Shown in pieces: positions 47,483 through 56,379 of a stretch of DNA of 64,000 nt. The notes below the pieces were generated by a model. It was not told the DNA's origin, made no database searches, and worked only from the letters and a program-made list of their open reading frames with translations. The position numbers and the translations under genes are program-made. Each line of letters starts with the position of its first letter. Positions within the stretch are counted from its first letter, which is position 1. This stretch comes from a virus, in IMG/VR virus record IMGVR_UViG_3300035698_035275, positions 2,843 to 66,842 of that record, one strand, 5' to 3'.

Positions 47483-48523
47483 ATGAAGGTAGCAATATTC
47501 TCTGACCCACATATGCACAAGTTCAAGCCGTTCTCCAGGATGGTTGACCATAAGTACGTGGATAGCACTGGAAGCGCCAGGAAGATGCTTGTTAATTCTA
47601 GGCTCCTTAACTCATATAAGGCCGTAGCTGAGATATTCAGGTGGTCGGTTGCCCACAGTGTTGATTACGTTATATGTGCCGGTGACTGGTTCGAGGACAA
47701 GGGGCGTATTGATGTAGACGCCCTGTCTTTAGCTAGTGATGCCGTGTCAATACTGGATAGTAATGGAATACCGCTAATATCTACGTACGGAAATCACGAT
47801 ATATCGCCAGCTAGCAGGTACGCGGTAGAGTCGATAATGAGGCTTGATAGCTCCCAGCCAGTGCCGTCGATGTTTGTGAGGAGTGCATCAGTCAAATTGC
47901 CGTCTGTGTCCGGTAGTGGGTCTGTGAGGGTGGCGCTGCACGGGTACGACGGAGCGTTTGACCCAAATAAGAGCTTATCGCACCTGCCGAAGTCAGATAT
48001 CCTGGTAATACATCAGACACCACGTGGGGCTGTAGACGGGTATTACCACGCATCCGATGGGGCGTTTGACGCTAATAACAGGAACTTTAAGAAGTTCGGC
48101 TGTGTGCTGTGCGGACACATACACGCGCCACAGAAGGTAGGCTCTGTGCAGATAATAGGGTCCCCGCTGCACTATAGAAGAGGGGATATTGGTGATCGTG
48201 GATTCTGGGTGTGGGATGACGGCAAGCTCGACTTCTACGCTATGAATTACCCGAAATTCGTGACACTGGACGATACCGCTAGTGCTAAATCAGTAAACAC
48301 CGCTATCGGCAACGGCGATTACGTCACAATAACGACCGGTGACAAGTCGCTGCAGGACAAATACGCAGGTGTGCCTAATGCTCTGGTGGAGTCGGTTATT
48401 GACGTTAGCCACGTAGATAAGATAGGTGACTCCGACCCAGTGGAAGTGTATGTCGGTAGGAATGACCCTGGGTTCAGCAAAAAAACAGCCATAAGGGTAA
48501 TAAAGAAGTACCTAGGAGAATAA
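47483..48523 (+). CDS. SbcD/Mre11-like nuclease (gp47-like)
   Basis: SDPH, AGDWF, GNHD, HQ, GHIH metallophosphoesterase motifs. Confidence 0.9.
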   Translation: MKVAIFSDPHMHKFKPFSRMVDHKYVDSTGSARKMLVNSRLLNSYKAVAEIFRWSVAHSVDYVICAGDWFEDKGRIDVDALSLASDAVSILDSNGIPLISTYGNHDISPASRYAVESIMRLDSSQPVPSMFVRSASVKLPSVSGSGSVRVALHGYDGAFDPNKSLSHLPKSDILVIHQTPRGAVDGYYHASDGAFDANNRNFKKFGCVLCGHIHAPQKVGSVQIIGSPLHYRRGDIGDRGFWVWDDGKLDFYAMNYPKFVTLDDTASAKSVNTAIGNGDYVTITTGDKSLQDKYAGVPNALVESVIDVSHVDKIGDSDPVEVYVGRNDPGFSKKTAIRVIKKYLGE

Positions 48524-48524
48524 C

Positions 48525-50201
48525 ATGGATATATCGTTTCACTCGGTAAGAATAGAAAATTTCAGGTCGATAAGGAAGGCATTTGTCCCTCTCGATGACG
48601 TCGGCCTAGTATCTATTGAGGGTGCTGTGCACGGTAGCAGTGGCTTTGAGTCTAACGGCGCTGGAAAGTCGTCTATACCGTGGGCAATATGCTGGTGCCT
48701 GTATGGGCTGATTCCTGGTGGCATAGCTGGCGGTGGTATAATGTCCACGTGGTCGAAGTCCTGCTCTGTTGTGCTGTCAGGGGTAATTGATGGGGCTAGG
48801 TTCTCGGTCGAGAGAATCAGAAAGGGCAGCACTACAGATGTCGTGTTCTCAGTAGGTGACGGGGAGTCCAAAGGGAAATCCAAGGATGTCCAGTCTGAGA
48901 TAGATAGGGTATTCGGGACATTACACTATTTCCTGAACTCGGTGCTATTTGGGAGCAGGGTTGTAGGCTTTACCAAGTCCAGCGGTGAAGAGAAGAAGAA
49001 GATATTCAACGAGATAATAGGGCTGGATGAGTACAGGGCGGCCAAGGATAAAGCCTGGTCGGACATGAAGTTAATAAAGCAAGGTATGCTGCTTGCGTCT
49101 GATAGAATATCGTCAGCAGAGGGTAGCATAAAAATCCTAACCGGGCTAATGGTGTCTGATGACGATGTACGCGATGCTAGGAACGAGCTAGCCGGGGTAG
49201 AGTCCTCAATACTGGATAAATACGACTGTTCATACGATGATTTGGAGTCGTCACTGAGTGGGCTGGATAGCATAGTAAGTACAGAAAGGGATTTGCTGGC
49301 GAAATCGCGATCTGTTAAGTCCAAATATGAATTTGTGTTGGAGTCTCTTAATGATAGCCTAGACAAAATGTCTGACATAGACGCGGGTTCGGTGTGCTCC
49401 GAATGTATGCAGATTATTGACGGTGAGCACAAGAAAAGAGAAGTAAAGAAGCTAAAAGCGAAGATATCCGACCATAAGTCAAAAGCGCCGCTGGTTGACC
49501 CGTCCAGGTATAACACAGCGGTGGAATATTGTGACGGTGCCAGGGAAGTGATACACGAGTACGAGCGGGCAAAGTCTGAACTCAGCAAGGTGCTACTAGC
49601 TAACAGTAAGACATCCGATGCCATGGCAGAGGTGAACGAAAAGAAGATCACCAACGAAAAGAAGCTTAAGGTCTTAAAGAAGAGGCGCGTAGAGGCCGAG
49701 TATGCACATAAGGCCCTGTCGGATACTGGGATACCGTCTTTGTTGATGGATAAACTGGTGCCAGCTCTTAACGAGTCGTCGGCTAAGTATATGCGGGTTA
49801 TGTTCCCACAAGCATACTTATCATTCTCGACCGACAGTGGCAAGAGTGATAGATTTGTATTCCTGTCACACAAAATAGACGGGACTGACTACAAGCTGAT
49901 GTCAGAGGGGGAGAGAGCACGTGTGGACTTGTGTGCTGCTATGGCTATTCAGGAGTCATCTAGCGGCACGTCCGGCAGGTCGTTCAATATTAGATTCTAT
50001 GACGAGGTATTCGACGGAATGGACGATGCTGGTATGGAAAACGTAGTAATGATGCTGTCAGAGAGGGTATCAAAGGTGAAGTCAATATTTGTAATATCGC
50101 ACTTAGGGCAAATACGTGACATGCTGCCATCGCGCATATTGGTGACTAAGAGGCTTGTAGGTGGGAATATGGAATCCAGTGTTAACAGCGTGGAGGGGTA
50201 A
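48525..50201 (+). CDS. SbcC/Rad50-like ATPase (gp46-like)
   Basis: NFRS, NGAGKSS, CSEC zinc hook, MSEGE signature, DEVFDGMD, ISH. Confidence 0.92.
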   Translation: MDISFHSVRIENFRSIRKAFVPLDDVGLVSIEGAVHGSSGFESNGAGKSSIPWAICWCLYGLIPGGIAGGGIMSTWSKSCSVVLSGVIDGARFSVERIRKGSTTDVVFSVGDGESKGKSKDVQSEIDRVFGTLHYFLNSVLFGSRVVGFTKSSGEEKKKIFNEIIGLDEYRAAKDKAWSDMKLIKQGMLLASDRISSAEGSIKILTGLMVSDDDVRDARNELAGVESSILDKYDCSYDDLESSLSGLDSIVSTERDLLAKSRSVKSKYEFVLESLNDSLDKMSDIDAGSVCSECMQIIDGEHKKREVKKLKAKISDHKSKAPLVDPSRYNTAVEYCDGAREVIHEYERAKSELSKVLLANSKTSDAMAEVNEKKITNEKKLKVLKKRRVEAEYAHKALSDTGIPSLLMDKLVPALNESSAKYMRVMFPQAYLSFSTDSGKSDRFVFLSHKIDGTDYKLMSEGERARVDLCAAMAIQESSSGTSGRSFNIRFYDEVFDGMDDAGMENVVMMLSERVSKVKSIFVISHLGQIRDMLPSRILVTKRLVGGNMESSVNSVEG

Positions 50202-50722
50202 TGTCCAACGTATTTATTAGTATAGGTATTGACCCAGGTTCACAGGGGGCATGGGTAGCCGTCACTAAGGATGAGGAGTCAAAGAGATACATAGTGTTGG
50301 GGACTGGTTCAGTGACCAACTCGACAATAGATATTATAGCTATGGCAGACTCACTACTGGTCATACTGGAGGAGACTAGTATTGACTGTGAGGTATTCGT
50401 AGAGATACCAAAGACGACCGGCATCTATAAGAGTAAGCACGCTTCATACCAGCAAGGGTTCGGGCACGGGGCGATAATTACTGCTCTGTCGCATATAGAG
50501 GCTAAGTCAACAGCGATTGACCCCAACGACTGGCAAATACAAACCGGAGTCAAGGCTATTGCTGGTAAAAAGTCGAAAGCCGCTGTTGATATAATCCTCA
50601 ATGACCTGCTACACGAGAGATCTGCCGAGTACAAAGGTAAAAAAGCAGTAACAAACGACGGCAAGCGAGATGCTGCCCTGCTGGCCATACACGGGTATCG
50701 TCTAAGGAATGGAATCTTGTAA
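50201..50722 (+). CDS. RuvC-like Holliday junction resolvase
   Basis: IGIDPG..GA, VFVE, P..WQ, DGKRDAALLA. Confidence 0.8.
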   Translation: MSNVFISIGIDPGSQGAWVAVTKDEESKRYIVLGTGSVTNSTIDIIAMADSLLVILEETSIDCEVFVEIPKTTGIYKSKHASYQQGFGHGAIITALSHIEAKSTAIDPNDWQIQTGVKAIAGKKSKAAVDIILNDLLHERSAEYKGKKAVTNDGKRDAALLAIHGYRLRNGIL

Positions 50723-50768
50723 CACGGGTTGTTATTTATGAATGTAATAGCATAATAACGAGGTAATT

Positions 50769-53255
50769 ATGTCCTGTGACGGCTGTCCATTACGCGGTGT
50801 AAGCATAAATACAAAAGTGCCTGGGGGTGGTAGTAATAGCCCATCAATAATGCTGGTAGGTGAGGCACCAGGGAGAGAAGAGGACGAATTAAATCAAGTG
50901 TTTGTGGGTCCGGTCGGGGTGTTCCTAAGAGAATGCATGGCCAGCATGGAGGTAGACGCATCCGATATCTACTTCACTAATATTGTAAAGTGCAGGCCAC
51001 CGAATAACAAGCTGGTAGGCAAATATAAAAAGGCCGTAAAGCACTGTAAGGAGTACCTGCTAGAGGAAATAGAAAGGCTGTCCCCGACGGTTATAGTGCC
51101 TCTCGGTGACACAGCAATGGAAGCATTACTAGGAATACGCGGTATTTGGAAGAACCACGGCAGGGTAATAGATAGAGACGGAATCCCTGTAGTACCCACT
51201 TTCCACCCGTCATACGTCAAATTCTACAATAAGAGTGACCAGGTATTTGACTTATACTCCCAGGACCTATATAATGCTGCGGTAATAGCAGAGGGCGGCA
51301 CGCCAGAAATTATAATACCAGACGTTGACTATATAACAGAGGGTGTTACTAATGACGATATATTGCTGCTGCTCAAGGCGGATATACTGTCTATAGACAT
51401 CGAGACTAACACAGTCAGCACGCACTATTGCACCATATCGGCGGATGCTGACAGGGGACCACGAATACTGTCGATATCGTTTTCATGGGATGAGGGCGTC
51501 GCAATGTTTGTCCCATGGGATGAGGAGCACATGCCAGCTATAAAGGCAGTGTTGGAGTCGGACATCCCAAAGGTGGCGCATAACTGGAAATTTGAATACT
51601 CGTGGCTAGTGTTAAAAGAGGGTATTGCCGTTAGCAACATATACATGGATACCATGCTAGCACATTACCTGGTGGACGAAAACAGCAGGCACGGGTTGAA
51701 GGAGCTAGCGTACACGTACACCGATATTGGTGGGTATGACGTGGAGATGGATGTGTACATAGGTGATCACCCGGAGTGTGACCCAAAGAAGAGCGGGTCA
51801 TATGCGAATATACCGCTTAGGCTACTATCTAAGTACAATTGTGGAGACGTGGATGCGACCCTGCGAATAGCGCGTAAGCTTAGCAAGGTAATGGATGACA
51901 AACTGTGGTCACTACATAATAACATACTGGTGCCAGCGGCTGAGATGCTGTCTCGGGCGGAGCTTAGCGGGTTTGAGTTAGATATTGATATGTGGGACTG
52001 CCTGAACAACGAGTATACGGCTAAGGTTAGTGAAGCTATTGATGACGCTATGTCTATTGACGAGGTTAGGCACTTCTGGAAGTATTATAAGGAGTCCACC
52101 AAGGCCAAGGGAGACAGGGTTAATCTTAGGTCTTCCAAGCAGGTATCGCTCTTAATGACGGAGTACTTCAGATTTCCAGTGATAAGGGAAACCGACTCCG
52201 GCAATCCGTCATGGGATTCCGAGGTAATAGACGAGCTGCTAAGGATGGATAGGTACAAGGGGAATAAATTCCTGCCGATACTAAAAAGAGTAAGAAGCAT
52301 TTTGCAGATACAAAGCAACTGTCTAGGGACGACGCCTAAGCAAATAGCGGAGTCGGTTGATGCCAGGGTGCATACGAATTTTATCTTGCATTTTGTAGTC
52401 ACTGGTCGCCTGTCGTCTAGAAACCCAAATATGCAGGCTATTCCTAGAGAGTCTACTGTTGGCCCGTTGAACGTGCCGTCAATAAAGACAATGTATATTT
52501 CCAGGTACGACGGCGGGAACATTGTACAGGCCGACTATAGCCAGATAGAGCTTAGGATATTGGCTATGCTGTCTGGTGATAAGGCGTTCAGGCGCATATT
52601 TGAAGAGGGGCTGGACCCGCATGCTAGTGTTGGGGTTAATATATACAAAATGCTAGAGGGGAAGGACATAGACATAGCGGACCTGCCGAAAGAGTGGAGA
52701 GATAAAGGGAAGACAACCAACTTTGCAATAGTGTATGGGCAGACACCAGAGGGGATGGCTAAAAAGCTAGGCTGTACAGACGCGGAAGCTAAGAAGATGA
52801 TGTCTGCCACCATGTCTACATACTCGGGAATAGACGACCTGCTTAAGGGGTATAGGAATGATGTCATAAAGAATGGGTATGTTGAATCCCCATTTGGCAG
52901 GAGGAGGAGACTGCCGATAATCGAGGGTATGAGTAGGTCAGATAAGAATGCGGCACTGAGAGAGGCCGGTAATCACCCTGTACAAAGTGCCGCGTCGGAC
53001 ATGACCCTATACTCAGCGGTACTACTGGATGCCGAAATCAGAAGACTGGGTATGAAGTCGCACATAATATGCCTTGTGCACGACTCGATAATACTGGATA
53101 CTCCCAGTAATGAGACTGAAAAGGTGTGTAAGATGGTAGGGGATATTATGAGGTCATTACACAAGCATTTCGACTGGATAGACGGCAGTTTCCCGATAGA
53201 GGTAGACGTTGAGTATGGCCCGTCATGGGGCGAGCTTAACGAGTACGAGGCATGA
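50769..53255 (+). CDS. polA: Family A DNA polymerase with N-terminal family-4 uracil-DNA glycosylase domain and 3'-5' exonuclease
   Basis: CxxC, GEAPG, NIVKCRPP, HPS (UDG4); DIET, YNCGD (exo); DYSQIELR, KTTNFAIVYG, VHDS (pol motifs A/B/C). Confidence 0.93.
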   Translation: MSCDGCPLRGVSINTKVPGGGSNSPSIMLVGEAPGREEDELNQVFVGPVGVFLRECMASMEVDASDIYFTNIVKCRPPNNKLVGKYKKAVKHCKEYLLEEIERLSPTVIVPLGDTAMEALLGIRGIWKNHGRVIDRDGIPVVPTFHPSYVKFYNKSDQVFDLYSQDLYNAAVIAEGGTPEIIIPDVDYITEGVTNDDILLLLKADILSIDIETNTVSTHYCTISADADRGPRILSISFSWDEGVAMFVPWDEEHMPAIKAVLESDIPKVAHNWKFEYSWLVLKEGIAVSNIYMDTMLAHYLVDENSRHGLKELAYTYTDIGGYDVEMDVYIGDHPECDPKKSGSYANIPLRLLSKYNCGDVDATLRIARKLSKVMDDKLWSLHNNILVPAAEMLSRAELSGFELDIDMWDCLNNEYTAKVSEAIDDAMSIDEVRHFWKYYKESTKAKGDRVNLRSSKQVSLLMTEYFRFPVIRETDSGNPSWDSEVIDELLRMDRYKGNKFLPILKRVRSILQIQSNCLGTTPKQIAESVDARVHTNFILHFVVTGRLSSRNPNMQAIPRESTVGPLNVPSIKTMYISRYDGGNIVQADYSQIELRILAMLSGDKAFRRIFEEGLDPHASVGVNIYKMLEGKDIDIADLPKEWRDKGKTTNFAIVYGQTPEGMAKKLGCTDAEAKKMMSATMSTYSGIDDLLKGYRNDVIKNGYVESPFGRRRRLPIIEGMSRSDKNAALREAGNHPVQSAASDMTLYSAVLLDAEIRRLGMKSHIICLVHDSIILDTPSNETEKVCKMVGDIMRSLHKHFDWIDGSFPIEVDVEYGPSWGELNEYEA

Positions 53256-53298
53256 AAGCTGATTCTTTTCATGCCGTCTGTAATAACGGAGGTGACGC

Positions 53299-53529
53299 AT
53301 GGCCAAGGTAGCAACAAAGAAGATAACAGTAGAGTACGGTATGTCGCTGGAACTGCCGAATAAGTGGGTAAGGTTCGCTACTACCTCTGAAGCTAAGATC
53401 CCAAGCGGTTCCATTGCCATAGATGTTGCACTTATAAGAGAGGACGAAATGCAGCGGTGCGTTAATTTCGTGCAGGGCGTCGCTGACGAGGTACACAAGC
53501 AAACCAAGAGAAAGAAAGGCGGTAGATAG
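53299..53529 (+). CDS. Hypothetical protein
   Basis: GGAGGTG RBS, 76 aa. Confidence 0.6.
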   Translation: MAKVATKKITVEYGMSLELPNKWVRFATTSEAKIPSGSIAIDVALIREDEMQRCVNFVQGVADEVHKQTKRKKGGR

Positions 53530-54053
53530 TGGCTAAGAAGGTAATAAAGAAGCCTGCAGACCATAGCGGCAGGGACCAGGTTATCAACGCCAGGGAGTTC
53601 ATGAATGAGCTGCTGGCAGCGTGTCAGATTGGGGATGTCGTTGAAGCTGCCACCACTCAGGTAGGCATGTTCGTCGAATACTCGATGGCATGGGCTAAAG
53701 CCAGAACGAAGGTGGATAGATCCAAGGCCATGTTCGATGCTGTGAAATCCAAGCTCCAAATAGCTGTTAGGGACGACCTAATGGAGGCCGGGGGCAAATT
53801 CACAGAGGCCAAGGTTCAGGCAGAGGTAGACGGTAGGCCCGAATACTCGGAAGCCCAAACCATGATGATGAACGCTATCGAGGCTGAACGCATACATAGA
53901 GTAGGGGTGGATGCCCTGAACATGCGAAAGGACATGATCGTTGTGCTGTCGAGGTTTACAGCCGACGAAAGAAATGCTGGAACGCTGGTAAGTAGAACCA
54001 GAATCAAGCGGAAGCTCGACAGTGCCGGTAGATCGATAAACAAAAACACATAA
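53529..54053 (+). CDS. UvsY-like recombination mediator
   Basis: Helical; KFTEAKV.A.V..Y and AL.MRKDM pattern; adjacent to SSB. Confidence 0.6.
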   Translation: MAKKVIKKPADHSGRDQVINAREFMNELLAACQIGDVVEAATTQVGMFVEYSMAWAKARTKVDRSKAMFDAVKSKLQIAVRDDLMEAGGKFTEAKVQAEVDGRPEYSEAQTMMMNAIEAERIHRVGVDALNMRKDMIVVLSRFTADERNAGTLVSRTRIKRKLDSAGRSINKNT

Positions 54054-54071
54054 AGCGGAGGATGAGAGAGA

Positions 54072-55238
54072 ATGGCTATAAAGATTAGACGCAGTGTCCT
54101 GGTTGATCAGGCAAAGCAAGCGCAGGAGTCCGGGGGCGGGAAGTATATGAAGTTTCAGGACGGAAAGACATATGTGCGCGTGCTCCCGTTCCTAGTAGAG
54201 AAGGGCATGTATGATGTCGCACTCAAATTTGGAACACACAACAACATACCGGGTGTGCGGGGTCCCGTCACGTGTAGACGCCTTTTCCCGAAGAAGTCCG
54301 CTAAGGGCAAGAGTCTGGAATGCCCTATCTGTATGGCAGTGGAGATGCTGGAGTTAGCCGGTGAGTCTGAGAAGGCTAACAAGCTCCGTGCCAATCCGAA
54401 TCGGTGGGCAATGTACATGTACGATGTGTCGAACAAGCAGGGTCCGAAAACGGCAACCGTCGGATCGCAGATAGCCACTCCTATTCTGAAATACGGGGTG
54501 GACGATGAAGAGTACGGAGATGTATTTGATCCCAAGGTAGGGCGTGATTTCATCGTTGAGAAGACCGGCACCGGTATGGATACTGAGTACCAGGTACGTA
54601 TTCGCGATGCAAGCAGATGCAAACCGGTGCCTGCGGCTGTCATGGCTAAGGTCAACTCGCTATTTGACGAGCTAAGACCGAAGTCATACGCGGAATTGCT
54701 CGAGATGATGGGTCCTTTGGGTCTGAACATTCCAAAAACCGAGTCGGCAATAGCAGCCAACAACGACGACGAGGAAGAGGACGACGTACCATTCGACAGC
54801 AGCGATGATGAGGACGACGACGAGGAAGAGGACGAAGACATCGATGAGGATGACGACGACGAAGAGGAAGAGGACGAAGACATCGATGAGGATGACGAGG
54901 ATGACGAGGATGACGAGGATGACGAGGATGACGAGGACGAGGAAATCGACTATGAGTCCTTAGGGTTCATCAACAGTGACGACCTGGAGGATACAGTGGG
55001 AAAGGTTGATGCATCCAATCCCAAAGTCAAGAAGCTGTTCGATAAGTGGGGGGCGGAAGACGGCACTAAGAGCGGCCTGCTGGTCATTCTGAAGAAGCAG
55101 AAGGTCTTTGCCGTGCAGAAACCCGGCAAGGCTGGCGGTGGTGGTGCTCTGGACAGGCTGAAGAAGAAGATGGAGAGCGCTAGCGACTCGAAAGCGAAGG
55201 TAAAAGCAAAAGCGAAGAAAACCGGCAGGAAGAAATAA
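54072..55238 (+). CDS. gp32-like single-stranded DNA-binding protein
   Basis: VRVLP, H..C..CPIC zinc site, FDPKVGRDF..KTG.G..TEY; long acidic tract. Confidence 0.8.
   Translation: MAIKIRRSVLVDQAKQAQESGGGKYMKFQDGKTYVRVLPFLVEKGMYDVALKFGTHNNIPGVRGPVTCRRLFPKKSAKGKSLECPICMAVEMLELAGESEKANKLRANPNRWAMYMYDVSNKQGPKTATVGSQIATPILKYGVDDEEYGDVFDPKVGRDFIVEKTGTGMDTEYQVRIRDASRCKPVPAAVMAKVNSLFDELRPKSYAELLEMMGPLGLNIPKTESAIAANNDDEEEDDVPFDSSDDEDDDEEEDEDIDEDDDDEEEEDEDIDEDDEDDEDDEDDEDDEDEEIDYESLGFINSDDLEDTVGKVDASNPKVKKLFDKWGAEDGTKSGLLVILKKQKVFAVQKPGKAGGGGALDRLKKKMESASDSKAKVKAKAKKTGRKK
54763..54945 (+). repeat. Coding low-complexity repeats (GATGACGAG units and a duplicated block) encoding poly-D/E
   Basis: Read directly within the SSB gene. 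Confidence 0.85.
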
Positions 55239-55244
55239 CTAGCC

Positions 55245-56378
55245 ATGCCCAAATTCGGTAATGTAGACCTGATAATAGGCGGTCAGTACGGATCAGAGGG
55301 AAAAGGTAAACTCGCCGGGTATGTATCCCGGCGGGTTCCTTATTCCGTCGCCGTGTGCAACTTCACATCTCAAGCCGGTCATACATTTGTGTATGACGAA
55401 GGCAGAAAGGTTATTACGCAACAACTACCAACAGCTATAGTGAGTAGTTGTGAGAATATAATGATAGGGCCTGGTGCTATCATAGATGAAGACGTACTGG
55501 AGAGGGAGATAAACGAGTACGGACTAACAGAAGCCAGACTTACTATAGACAGCAACGCTATAGTGATAGACCAGAGGCACAAAGACGCTGAGAGGGCCAA
55601 CGCCATAAGGGTAGCATCAACGATGAAGGGCAATGGAGCTGCAGCAGCGGAGAAGTGTCTCAGATTCCAGGGCTTGAGGACTGCTGGCGATGACTCGTTC
55701 AGATTTAAGCAGTACGTTGGTGATGTGAGGTCGGCACTACACAATACGCACGTGATGGGTGGTGACATACTGCTGGAGGGGTCGCAAGGGTTCGACCTGG
55801 ATGTTAATCTTGGATTTTATCCATTTGTCACCAGCAGGGGGACCACTAGCGCGGCAGAGCTTAGCAGGTGCGGCCTTTCGCCACAAAGCGTAAGGAATGT
55901 ATTCGGCGCATATCGGACGTTCCCAATACGCGTTGGGAACTTGAAGGATGAAAACGGTGTGGAGGTGGGTAATTCCGGGCCTGTATACGATGACCAGACG
56001 GAGATGACGTGGGATGAGCTGTCTAGCCAATATGGGGGTGCTGATAAGCTGCTGGAGAGGACCACAGTGACAGGCAGGGTCAGAAGGGTGTTTACGTTCT
56101 CCCGGACCCAATTTGCCAGATCGATAGTGTCGAACGGGGTAAACTGCATATTTATAAATTACGCTAACTACATCGACGGGGCCTTGTACGGTGCCAGTGG
56201 TGATAGTGACGATTCCCCATCGCGTAATGCCAAGCTTCTTGACTGGTTGCAGCAGAACATCGTTCCCGTCCTTTCGAAGGTGCACGATATAGGTGAGAGG
56301 GTCATTATACCACTTCTTATTGGTACTGGCCCCGCCGACTCTGACATGTTGTCGATTAACATGATTGTGGGGTCCTAA
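55245..56378 (+). CDS. purZ: N6-succino-2-amino-deoxyadenylate synthase (PurZ-type PurA paralogue)
   Basis: GQYGSEGKG (Ser replacing the PurA catalytic Asp), AGHT, EGSQGF, YPFVTSR, RTFPIRVG, ERTTVT..RR, NYANY replacing PurA TKLD. Confidence 0.85.
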   Translation: MPKFGNVDLIIGGQYGSEGKGKLAGYVSRRVPYSVAVCNFTSQAGHTFVYDEGRKVITQQLPTAIVSSCENIMIGPGAIIDEDVLEREINEYGLTEARLTIDSNAIVIDQRHKDAERANAIRVASTMKGNGAAAAEKCLRFQGLRTAGDDSFRFKQYVGDVRSALHNTHVMGGDILLEGSQGFDLDVNLGFYPFVTSRGTTSAAELSRCGLSPQSVRNVFGAYRTFPIRVGNLKDENGVEVGNSGPVYDDQTEMTWDELSSQYGGADKLLERTTVTGRVRRVFTFSRTQFARSIVSNGVNCIFINYANYIDGALYGASGDSDDSPSRNAKLLDWLQQNIVPVLSKVHDIGERVIIPLLIGTGPADSDMLSINMIVGS

Positions 56379-56379
56379 T

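Noticed and set aside
53250-53274. Terminator after the polymerase gene (GCATGAAA/TTTCATGC stem)
   Set aside because: The 8-bp stem has no following U-tract; too weak to call
55245-56378. Ordinary PurA auxiliary metabolic gene
   Set aside because: Lacks the catalytic Asp (GDEGKG) and the TKLD GTP-binding motif; carries PurZ-type residues
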